In this document: piece by piece, positions 38,215-49,323 of the stretch
Numbering within the stretch: the stretch's first letter is position 1
Layout of the letters: each line of letters begins with the position of its first letter
Assembly (NCBI RefSeq): GCF_008831285.2
Contig: NC_045138.2
Location: 10,044,001 to 10,108,000, forward strand
Reading direction: 5' to 3'
From: Nymphaea colorata
Lineage: Eukaryota
DNA: 64,000 bases
Translations under genes and position numbers: made by a program
The notes under the pieces: model-generated
What the model was told of the DNA's origin: nothing
Database searches by the model: none
Seen by the model: the letters and a program-made list of their open reading frames with translations, nothing else

Positions 38215-39537
38215 AATTGCATCCGGAGCAGCGAACGCTGCAATCTGCATCACCAACTCGTTAGTTCAGAAAATGTGTGCATTTCGCAATCCATGTCCCT
38301 TCATTTACGGGACTTTTGTTAGCCCGAAAAAGGTACAGCATGAGCTAATGGTATTCAGACATCATCAGATTCTCCACCCCCCAACTTATTCTTTTTTCTG
38401 AATTTGAAGCTAAAATATGTTAAACAGAGAAGTTATCCATCTTGTTGCCTCGTTGTACCATCTGAAAATGTTTTAATGGAAATGATGACATTAGTGGGAA
38501 TATAAATCGAAACGTCCCCAGATTGAGTCTCAACTATTGGTAAAGCAGTCATACTTCCTTAGCCTAAACTAGAACTAGAACTTAGTTTAGCGGCACCGCA
38601 AAGAAGTTACGGGAGTTGCCAACTTTAGGTCATCAAACCCATCGTAAATGGTGCACTTTATTTATTTTTTCTTTTTTTTGAGAATAGGCTCAGGTGCAAC
38701 GAGGCCTATTTGACCGCAGGAAAAACTGTTGTCCCACGAGGTAACCATTCAAAGGAAGTGATGAAACCTGACTGCACTAGGAAAGGGGAAGCCCAGCATG
38801 TATGAGAGAAGCCTAGCTCTTCGCTATATTGAACACCCATCCACTAAGGTAACGAAAACATAAATTCCCTGGCCTTTGACCTGAAATGCAAGCAAAAAAG
38901 AATAAGCCACAGCAAGAATCTAAAACATTGATTAGTTATGGTTATAAATAGTTGGTGCTCAACTCCAACCACGGCAGCTTCTGCGCATTGTGGGTGTGAA
39001 ACAAGAGCAGATTCTACTTCTGCTGTGCCGATACGATGTCCAAATACTAGAAACAAAAATTCAGTTGGATGCCTGATAAACATCGTGCTGGAATTAAGTA
39101 ACAGATCTTGACATCACAGCAAACAGAAGGAACCAGGATTCACCTCACGTTAATGTCATCAACCCTACCAGTCAGCCAGTAATAACCATCCTTGTCCCTA
39201 TCAACCAGTCGGATAACAAAACACAGTGACAGCCTCAAAGATTATTCTGATCCACCACCCTTACAGAAAGCAACAAATTTCAGTTCAACATCCCGGTGCG
39301 GACAGAATGAGCAAAAAGAACAAAGTTTGACGGTGAAAAGGGATCTGAAAATGGTGACCTCCCAAACCATCACCAGTGAAATAATATCCCTGGAAAGGCT
39401 TAAAATAAGTTGTTTCGCATATATTTCATGATCACCATATAGAGTTCTGAAAGCACCAGGCCATGACCTCTTTATGCACACAGATAACCATTGCATTCTC
39501 CTTCAATTTCATCTCCCTTCTCATCCACTATCACAGG
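38215..39537 (-). pseudogene. ACS: Acetyl-CoA synthetase pseudogene fragment (C-terminal exons with introns)
   Basis: Exons 39537-39359 (PVIVDEKGDEIEGECNGYLCIKRSWPGAFRTLYGDH..YFKPFQGYYFTGDG, frameshifted), 39197-39144 (DKDGYYWLTGRVDD-INV), 39046-~38955 ([29 protein letters not shown]), 38880-~38815 ([15 protein letters not shown]) and 38244-~38215 (IAAFAAPD). No 5' exons and no PKTRSGK exon seen. Confidence 0.9.
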
Positions 39538-40161
39538 CTGAAACAGCGTGAAACATCATCCATTTTAAAGCAAAAACAAATAGGGAAAGGCAATTTGCAA
39601 ATGTGAAAATATTTAAAGTACAAGTAATAAAAAAAAACATTGTACTTCTATTCATATTTCATATATAAGATCACATTTATTATGCATGGAAGTTTCTAAT
39701 AAGAAAAGCTTAACAGAACTGAAGTTCATAATAATGAATAGTGAAAATGATACATTTCTCAAATTCACATAATGCCTTGGGAACTAACGCATGAACCACA
39801 TAGAATTCTGAAGTTTCCTCCTGTTTCTCCTCAAACCATTTTCCTCGCCGTATTATACCCATGTTTTTTGTGACAATGCCGTGCATCACCCGAAAAACCA
39901 CCCAAAAGGTCAGAGCGAAGTTGCTTTTAGCTAAATCCATAGCATGGTTTATATGATGATCCCATTTGAAAGGGAAAAGATGAAAAATTTTACCTCCATG
40001 CACATTTGGCTCTCCAACACTTCCAAGAACTCTCTCAAGGATTGATTGCTAGAATACTGATTTACAAACAGCACAAAAATAATAGTTCTTGACAGAGTTT
40101 GTATACCAGCAGACAATTATAACAAGTTCTTGCAATTAATTGTAGACAAGGCATTTACAGT

Positions 40162-41295
40162 CCGCTATAGCGATCGCAATCACCGCTGGAGGTCGTCAAG
40201 CTCTAGAAGCCAACGATCGCAACCACTGTTAAAGGATCGGTACACCTGTCACCGCTATAGCTCTATGCCGGTGATGGTCGGCAACAACGATCGCCATGTC
40301 GGCAATTGCAGCGACCGCGGGAGGTCGGGAACCACCGCTGGAGTTCGGCAAAAGCCGTCACCGCTATAGTTTCTATGCCGGCGATAAAACCACCGGTGGA
40401 GTTGGCAAACAACCGTCACCGCTATAGCTCTATTGCGGGGATGGCAACCACCGCTGGAATTGGCAAACAACTGTCACCGCTATAGCTCTATTGCGGGGAT
40501 GGCACCACCGCTGGAGTTCGGCAAAAGCCGTCACCGCTATAGTTCTATGCCGGCGATAAAAACCACCGCTGGAGTTGGCAAACAACTGTCACCGCTATAG
40601 CTCTATTGCGGGGATGGCGACCACCGCTGGAGTTCGGCAAACAACTTCACCGCTATAGTTCTATGCCGGCGATAAAACCACCGCTGGAGTTGGCAAACAA
40701 CTGTCACCGCTACAGCTCTATTGCGGGGATCGAAACCACCGCTGGAATTGGCAAACAACTGTCACCGCTATAGCTCTATTGCGGGGATGGCAACCACCGC
40801 TGGAGTTCGGACCGCTATAGTTCTATGGCGGCGATGACAACCACCGCTGGAGTTCGGCAAAAGCCGTCACCGCTATAGTTCTATGCCGGCGATAAAAACC
40901 ACCGCTAGAGTTGGCAAACAACTGTCACCGCTATAGCTCTATTGCGGGGATGGCAACCACCGCTGGAGTTCGGCAAAAGCTGTCACCGCTATAGCTCTAT
41001 GCCGGCGATAAAAACCACCGCTGGAGTTGGCAAACAACTGTCACCGCTATAGCTCTATTGCGGGGATGGCGACCACCGCTGGAGTTCGACAAACAACTTC
41101 ACCGCTATAGTTCTATGCCGGCGATAAAAACCACCGCTGGAGCTCGCAAACAGCGATCACCGCTATAGCTCTATGCCGGCGCTTACAACCCCCGCTGGAC
41201 ACTGTCACCTCTACAGCTCCATACCGGCGATTGGAACACCGCGGGAACAGCTGTCACCGCTATAGCTCTATGCCGGCGATTCGAACCACCACGGG
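40162..41295. repeat. GC-rich ~59-bp tandem array with two alternating monomer types, possibly CACTA subterminal repeats
   Basis: CACCGCTATAG and ACCACCGCTGGAG cores recur with ~58-60 bp period; the core is homogeneous at 40350-41150 and the edges are degenerate. Confidence 0.9.
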
Positions 41296-43104
41296 GTCGG
41301 CAGCTCGATGCAAACTTTTCTTTTAATATTTATTTTTTTTTGGGTAGTTTATGAAAAAACACATCTAATGTTTAATTTGTCAAATTGGTTTTTGGCATAT
41401 TTAACACCTTTATTTAATTAATACACGTTTTCTATGACAATGGTGTTTCTACAAGGTTGGTTTAAGGGTAACAAGTTTATAAAAGTTTTGCAAATGGTTT
41501 GATTTAAACTATGCAGTGGGTTTTGTAAAATCATAAGGTAGATGATAATGACAATAGTGGGATTGTAATGTTGTCTGCCAAACTTTGATTAGCCTTGTGT
41601 CTTGGTCACATGAGGAATCTACGGAATGATGATTTTCCAAAAAAAATACATCACAAGGGACGAGTTCTCCTCGAACTCTCTCATAAATAGAGCCTTGTCA
41701 CAGGCAAATTTCTCTGAATTCTCTTGTTGTAAGATTTCCTTGTAGAGGGTTGGTTGCTTACTAGGGGTAATCACTACTTCCATAACTCACTCTCCTAAAT
41801 TAAACACTACTTCAGGGCTGAGTGAGGTTTGAATGATTTGAGATGCTTTTAATCATAATTTCAGGTTTAGGATAAAATGGAACAAACAGCTCCCCGAGAT
41901 TTCTCTGCCCAAGCATATACATAAAAAAAAGGTCCAAAGTAATCCCAGTCTAACTTAGTAGAAATGTTACCAACTGCCAATAAGCCTCAAAAGGAGACCG
42001 TCTACAGGAGAACAAAGACACTTTGCACGAAAATAGAATGCTTTTTAATCATAACAACCAAGCATCAGTCTTCCACCATGCCTCAACCAACCATGACGTG
42101 ATTTTTTCAACATTAAGTGGAACAAAAAGTGTATCTCAAAAGCCTAGAACTGAAAAAGCATGTGAAGATTGCTGTCAATTCACAAAGAGGGAAAAGATCA
42201 AAGACCAATTGGATATCCTATAACATGGCTCCGCTCCAAACCAAAGCAACTTTGAGACCTGAATAACAATTATTGTTTTTACTTGTAGATACAATATAGA
42301 GGTACAAAGGCATAAAGGAAAGCAATACATTTCCACTTCTTATCATGGTTTACTAAGACCAATTCATGATCGTTGTAGCCTACAAAAAAGAGCATGTCAT
42401 AAATCTAAACCCTCCTCCCACGTCAGTCTTGGGAGGCATATTATAGATTCTACACGTCACCGCACTAGTTGAATATCATAAAGCTATAATCTCTCTTGCC
42501 CATAGAAGTGCAGGCTCTTCTCTCAACAGTTGCATATGTAAACATCAAACTTTTCAAGCTTCAAAACATGGAACTAAAGGTTCAAAAGAGAGCCACTTTA
42601 GTTCCTGGTCAGGAGAAATAAATAGTGACCAATTCAGATGTCTATAGCTAGAATACCAAACAGAAAAGGAATACACAGTAGGTAGGCACCAGAATTTCTC
42701 CATGCCAGTTTCAGAGTTGAACAACATTATCAGCCTAAGAACACTAAGAAGCTGCTGAATAAGCCAAACATTATTGAACCTTTTCTGCAACGCACTACTA
42801 CACTCTTAAACCATTAAACAAAGTAATATGTCAATGACTTGTACATATACACATTGGCGAATGATAAATTAGCAAGGAACATTTTATCAATGAAATACAC
42901 ATTCACACAAACATGCAAGCATATATATAATTTGCATTGATTAGCTTTTTCAAGTCATTATCTACAGCTCAAATGATACTAGAGCACATGTGACATATTC
43001 AAGAAGAACCAAGTGAAGAAAATTGATGACTGGACCAACTACATCATTTTCTCAAAAACAATCAGAAAGTTTCTCCAGATACCAAACTAGATAAAGAACA
43101 TTAC

Positions 43105-43404
43105 CATAATAAGTTGGCCTCCAAACATCATATCCAGAAACTCCTCTGAAACACAAAATAACTTGTGAAATGGAAAGCTGAGAAGTGAGAATACACACAA
43201 ACAGTCACAACCGCCAATTTAAAGAATCATGACAAAACAGTAATTTTTGCAATTTAATTTACAAACAAGTAGACAAACATTTCTAGAAATTATGTAAAAT
43301 CTTAAGAGACAAAAAAGGGACAATCATGATTTCTTTGTTTACCTGTGAATCTTTTTAAAAAATTTTATATATATATATACATACATACATACATATATAC
43401 ATAC

Positions 43405-43441
<37 letters not shown>

Positions 43442-43992
43442 AAACTTTTTAAAAAGATTGACAGGTAAACAAAGAAATCATGAATTATCTAATAATTTTC
43501 TTGTAAAAATTACAAACAATTCATAAAAACTCCTCAAGTTGTGAACCATGACAGGTACATATATATGTGTGTGTTTCTCCATAATATGAATAATGACATT
43601 TATTTTTGGGTATATTTTGATAATATTACATTATTTGCCTAATCATATCATTTGGAGATCTTTTAATGATAAAAACGTGATAGTTTCAAAATTCAAACTA
43701 TTGTTGATAACATAGCATAAACTCACTTCAAAGAGAGGAGGGAGGAGAGAGAGATCGTTAATTTACAACAGCAAGAATACGTCACTCGTGCTTTGGTTCT
43801 CATTTCTTCAGGTCATTTGCAAGTCTCTGCAGCAATAACGGCTGTTAACTCATGTCAACAAAATATCTGGCCGTTCATATGATATTGCGCATCTGAAGCA
43901 TCAAAAGGATCCACAAACTGCACAAAGCCAAAGACGCCAGGTTCTCTGCACAGAGAAAAAATCCAATTAGATAAATAGATAGAGAGAGAGAG

Positions 43993-44026
<34 letters not shown>

Positions 44027-45294
44027 GAGAGAGCATGTGATAATGAAATGTACAGAAGACAACAAAGGAAGAGGCAAGATATAGCATATGCATATGACGT
44101 AGTGTTTTTTGCTCTAATACCTTTAACAACACTTCCAATGCAAAGAAGTCCACACATAACATAAAAGCAGCTAGCAATCCAAGCTTAGTGGCTGACTTTT
44201 ATCTATAGTTAGTATGCTCTGCAACTTCAAAAAATGCATGAAACTTCAAAATCTTCACATTGAATAAAACTTCAAATTCTTGAGAATAAATCAAGCACTT
44301 GATACCTTGCTCCAAATTTATCTTCGTATGCATTTGACTTCAATTGGCAACCTTCAATCTTTTTCAACTATTATTCTTGTCAGTTATATTATTTCTCGTC
44401 TTTATAAGACTTCTCGTCTTTCTAAGACTTCTACTTTTGAAATTTCATGCTACACCTCAGAAAAATCAAGACGTTAAGCAACCCAAAACAGTGGTCTCAA
44501 GGGGCTTGTTTTCAACTTCAAGTCAAGATACCCTAAGAACCCGTTTAAAGAACAACTCACAGTGAAAAGAGAAAATATCTGCTTGAAATTAAAAGCAAAT
44601 TTTCCTTCATAACAAGAATTCATTCAATGATATAACTCTTTCAACAAATGATTGTGAATTCATTTGAAGAATAAAACATGTCACTAAAAGCCAGCATAGA
44701 CCAATCGCTGCATTGACCACATTTATCAGTAACAAGGGCACCATTTCCAAATCTCCATTTAGTAGCTTCACCAAGGATAATAATAAAGCTTATGAAAGAT
44801 AGACAGTTTTTCTCTCAAAAACAGTTCAACAGTAATAGATGTCCCATTAAGGAACATGAAAATAGTTGACAAACATAATCGACAATGACTAGTAGCAAGA
44901 CCGTAGACGCCTAGCACCCATTTACACCAAGGAAACCATACCTTGTGTAATAGTCCCTTGGCAGATACACATCCCTTATGGGCCCATAGCGTTCAAAAGG
45001 GATTCAAAGATCTTCTGGCCTGCAAGGAAGCCAAATATGTTGCCTTAAACATTATCAAACAACAGTTCAACAATATGTAATTGCTGTCTACCCTAGGATA
45101 AACCAATATATGGGCTAATGCAATCACATTACCTGCAATCCAGAGGAATATTTCGAACGAAGAGACTTCCATTACTACTTTCTTTTCGGCCACCATACCT
45201 CCCTCTAGGAGGAGGACTTCTTCCTCTACCGCCATATCCACTTCTTCGAGGACTACTTCATCTGCCACCATATCCACTTGTTCACACGCACTAC
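43105..45294 (-). pseudogene. SCL30: SC35-like SR splicing factor (SCL30-like) unprocessed pseudogene
   Basis: Exons ~45294-45133 (SPRRSGYGGRGRSPPPRGRYGG..GSLFVRNIPLDCR), 45019-44942 (PEDL*IPFERYGPIRDVYLPRDYYT), 43945-43781 (EPGVFGFVQFVDPFDASDAQYHMNGQIFC*HELTAVIAAETCK*PEEMR) and 43145-43105. RRM motifs present, four in-frame TGA stops, RS-rich tail exons not found. Confidence 0.88.
43324..43483. repeat. Inverted repeat (~48-bp arms) around a (TA)/(CATA) microsatellite
   Basis: TCATGATTTCTTTGTTTACCTGTGAATCTTTTTAAAAAATTTTATA versus TATAAAACTTTTTAAAAAGATTGACAGGTAAACAAAGAAATCATGA; 2 mismatches. Confidence 0.9.
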
Positions 45295-46706
45295 CTTGAC
45301 AGCTTAACCTAGTGAAACAGCAAAATATTATACAGCCAAAGCCAAGCAGCAGTACCTTGAGCACTCGAGGAATGCCCTTTACATGCTTCAGACTTGCACA
45401 TGACGTCGTGGTTGATTCTTCACAGAAGTGGAACATGAAATCTAATGTCATGTCAAGCACAACAACATAAAAAATGCCATATTTGTTCCGAGATAGTGAT
45501 GGATACAATGTCAAGGCACTCATTTCAAACTTCAAGATCAAGCATAGGCCTTAAGAACCAACTTCTGTTGAAAAAAGTGTTCATACAATAGATATTCCTT
45601 ATAATGTAGAAGATTCAGACACTTTCAGTTATAGGTCCATGTTTTACCTCATGAGGCACCTGCCCATTGCTGTGACACACTTGTGACAGAAGAACTGATG
45701 TGAAAAAAAAAATTGCTACAACTGTAACAATAGTGATAACAACATAAAAAAGATAAATTTCAGAAACTAAAACCTTTTAGCTTGTTAAGTACTCCAAAAA
45801 CAGAAAACTGTAGTTTCAATTTGAAATTCATAATCTTGAGACCCTTTTTAAGATGAGAAAACTTTTAGGATACAATAATTTTCACATGGGGAGATTTTAC
45901 CCTTCCTTAGCCTTTCCCATGTCCATTTAACTCGGGTGCTTGTCTACATGGAAAATCTGCGGTGCTTCATAGGCAGCTGCATCAAGTTTCAAGAACTTGT
46001 CTCTATTTCCCATGTAAGCATCAAAAGCATAGTCCAGAATATAAAGGAGATCACAAAGGTGTCAGAACACCATACATGCCAAAGCAATGAAGCGGTAGAA
46101 ATAGTGTCAATGTGATTGAGGATATAGTGAAATCTCTATGATATGGTCAATGGTTATTGATGTGTTTTTACACTCATTCCGTTCAGTAATATCCACAAGC
46201 CTCTCATTCTCCTGTATGGCAAGAAGCCCTCCAGTAATATCCACAAGCCTCTCATTCCCTCGTATGCATAAAAGAACTGAGCTGCATATGTAGAACCATA
46301 AAATAACCAAAAGAAGCTAGAGGCAGAGGTGAAAAAAATGTGAAATATTTGTTCATTTTGGTAACACTGAAGGATCTATTTCAGTTCCTGGAAACTAACA
46401 CTAAAATAGAGTACTAAACCTAATGAAAGTACTTTTTGATACATCAAGGAAAATCCACATTTATCTGGCCAGTCCAGGATAGGAACACAATACAGATAAT
46501 CTCTGGGATTGAAGAACAGAAAATAGTTGTTGTCAGACAACATCGGCTTGCAGTATCACACTCGTGAAGATATAACAGGTATATCAGAATATTTAACAAC
46601 CTTTATTGCAGATCAACTTGTGTAATTTTTAAGCATATAATTTGACAATGAATTGCTTTCATTGAGTCCAGTTGGGATGTTGTTATGAGGTTTTGTAAAA
46701 GCAAGT

Positions 46707-46974
46707 CATGAGAATTAGAGACAGGCATTTCATAAAGCTTACCTTGGATCCTTCTGCCTTCTCCTAATCCACATATTTTATAACTCACTTGCATCTCGTG
46801 GCATTCTAATTCTTTGAACAATGACGTTCTATCCTCTGCATGAGAATTAGAGACAGACATTTCACAAAGCTTACCTTGGATCCTTCTGCCTTCTCCTAAT
46901 CCACATATTTTATAACTCACTTGCATCTCGTGGCATTCTAATTCTTTGATCAATGATGTTCTATGCTCTGCATG
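46707..46974. repeat. 132-bp direct tandem duplication
   Basis: CATGAGAATTAGAGACAG...CAATGA(C/T)GTTCTAT(C/G)CTCTG occurs twice, near-identical. Confidence 0.9.
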
Positions 46975-47129
46975 AATCCACTACGTCAATGGGAATGTAG
47001 CAAACAGTAAACCTTTAGTTGGCATTCCATGGAAAATGATTTAATACTCAGTAATAATGTTGAGGTTTTTGGGAATCCTTATAATGGAGCTGACATTTAA
47101 ATGCACACAAAGCATGTTAAACTTATAAA

Positions 47130-47301
47130 CTATGTCACATAGGTACGGGTATAGGTGCAGGTACAGGTGCCGGTGCGGGTACGGCCGTACACACACGCAC
47201 ATATATATATATGTGTGTATACATATATATATATGTGTGTATATATATATATATATGTGTGTATATATATATATGTCAAAAAATTTCAAACGCAATAATA
47301 T

Positions 47302-47361
<60 letters not shown>

Positions 47362-49323
47362 CAAAAAATTACAAACAGAATAACATATTCAATTTCATAA
47401 ATCATAGACTGCAACAATCAAGCATGTAAAATCAGCATAGAAGCAATAAAACAAGAGAAGAAAAAAGTGAAGAAAGGATCGAAGAAGTCAAACAAAAAAT
47501 CGGGAGAAAATGAAGAGACATCAGATTGCAACTCCGAATGGAGGGAGATGTCCTCTCTATTCACACTTCTTAAGAATGCATTAAAGAGAAGTATAGATTT
47601 TATGAGAATAACAAATGCATTTAAGATGGACTGATAATCAGAGCTAGACGGGGTGTAGACTGCATGTCGTCAATTCTCAAATTGTTTCATAATTCACTCA
47701 GAAAAGAAAACAGAGGACAAACGAAAGAGGGAAAATGACTGATAATAAGAGCTAGACGGGGTCTAGGCTGCATGTCGCCAATTCTCATATTGTTTCATAA
47801 GAAAACAGAGGACAAACAAAAGAGGGGAAACCAATATTATCCGTATCGTATAGGTCAAAGAAACCTACACGATACGCGTGCGTATCGTACGCGTATCGCC
47901 CATATCATGTACTGGGGCCATATCGCACGATACGTGCGATACACCGCCGTATCGTACGATATGGGAGTAAAATTAAAAAGGGCCCGACGGCCCCTTTTTT
48001 GCGTGTTCTTTTAAAACCTACGCTCCTATGTCTCTCTTTTCTTGTTTCTAAACACTACATATAGTCTAAACAATATATGTTTTGACTTTTGAACTTATGA
48101 ATTCTGATGTAATCGAATTCTCTTCGGTTGCTTATTATGTTATTTTGAATGTCTGATTTCTTATTTTGGAATGTGTTGTTCATACTTCATATACATAAAT
48201 GTTCCTTTAAATACATTTTTCTTGATTTTTTCTGATTTTTGCTTTTTTTTGGATTTATTATTATTTTTTCTATTTTTATGATTTTTTAATATTTTTTAAA
48301 AATTAAAAAATTAATTTTACGATACGTTACGATACGGCGTATAGGTTGGCCTGACCGATACGCGATACACTACGCCTTTGATAACATTGGGAGAAACATT
48401 AATCCATATCAAGCATGTCAAGAAACATTAAGCCATATAAAGTGCCAAAGAGAGGCAGAGCGAGAGGAAGAGCAAAAGACAGAGAGAAGGATAATCGCAG
48501 GCACAAAAAACGTAAGTGGATGTCATGCACCCATTCTTCCCAAGTGAGCGACAGCGAAAAAAACTGCAGGTGTCGTTTTTCAGTCTTTTGAGTTGAGGAA
48601 AGTTCTCTAAACAATACAAGCCAACAGGGAGCACCATTAACAACACTGGAATAAGCAAAGAAAGTGCAATAAATCTTCTGTTACAAGACGAATTAAAGTA
48701 GAAATGTGTCTTCTGGGGTGAAACATGTAACCTGCTCTGCTGCAGCAGTTATGACTCCACCAAAGGAGTTGCTATTAGGCAACATAGAGGGAGAGAGAGA
48801 GAGAGTCTCTGTTCCATGCCTGAGGAGTGAGGAAAGGTGAAGAAGACGGTGCACTGCTGAGAAGAGAATCCTGCAGTCGCGATGGAAAAAGGAAGAAGCT
48901 GAGAAGAGGACGAAGTCACAAGCTCGCCTGCGAGTACGAAACGGACACCGCGTTCACCGCCTGCCATCGTCGTTTCGCCGCCTGCCGTCGCCGTTCGCCG
49001 CCCGTCGTCGCCGTTCACCACCTGCCCTCGTCGGTCTTCGGTGAAGCATCATGGCTCGTGGGTAAAGAGTGAAGAGGAAGAAGGCAGTCGACGAAACGAA
49101 AATAGGGTTCAAAGATTTTAACGTGAAAATGGTTAAAAACTTTAAAATATTATAAAACGTTAAAATTTAAAATGGACAAATTTGGACTTGGTCAAAGTTG
49201 ACCGAGTCCAAAAATGGTCAAAAATGACCCTGGTTACGTTGACCGTACCCGGTGCTGCGTTGACCGCACCCGATGCCGTACCGGTACCGGTACCGAGCGG
49301 GTACTCCTTGTCGTGTGACTTAG
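47130..49323. mobile_element. Non-autonomous hAT-type element (family A, same ends as 546-1778)
   Basis: TIRs CTATGTCACATAGGTAC / TCGTGTGACTTAG; perfect 8-bp TSD CTTATAAA (47122-47129, 49324-49331). Confidence 0.88.
47832..48389. mobile_element. hAT-type MITE (family B) nested in the family A element
   Basis: TIRs CAATATTATC / GATAACATTG, CGATAC/GTATCG subterminal repeats, 8-bp TSD GGGGAAAC / GGAGAAAC (1 mismatch). Confidence 0.8.

Noticed and set aside
40330..41160. CRISPR-like repeat/spacer appearance of the 59-bp array
   Set aside because: The intervening segments are not unique spacers but two recurring variants. There are no cas genes and the context is a plant nuclear genome.
44993..45541. 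182-aa ORF (…DMVADEVVLEEVDMAVEEEV…)
   Set aside because: Off-frame reading of the SCL30-like exon plus intron; the homologous frame is the RS/RRM one.
46603..46953. 116-aa ORF with an internal 44-aa repeat
   Set aside because: Produced by the 132-bp tandem duplication (a multiple of 3); no recognisable protein.
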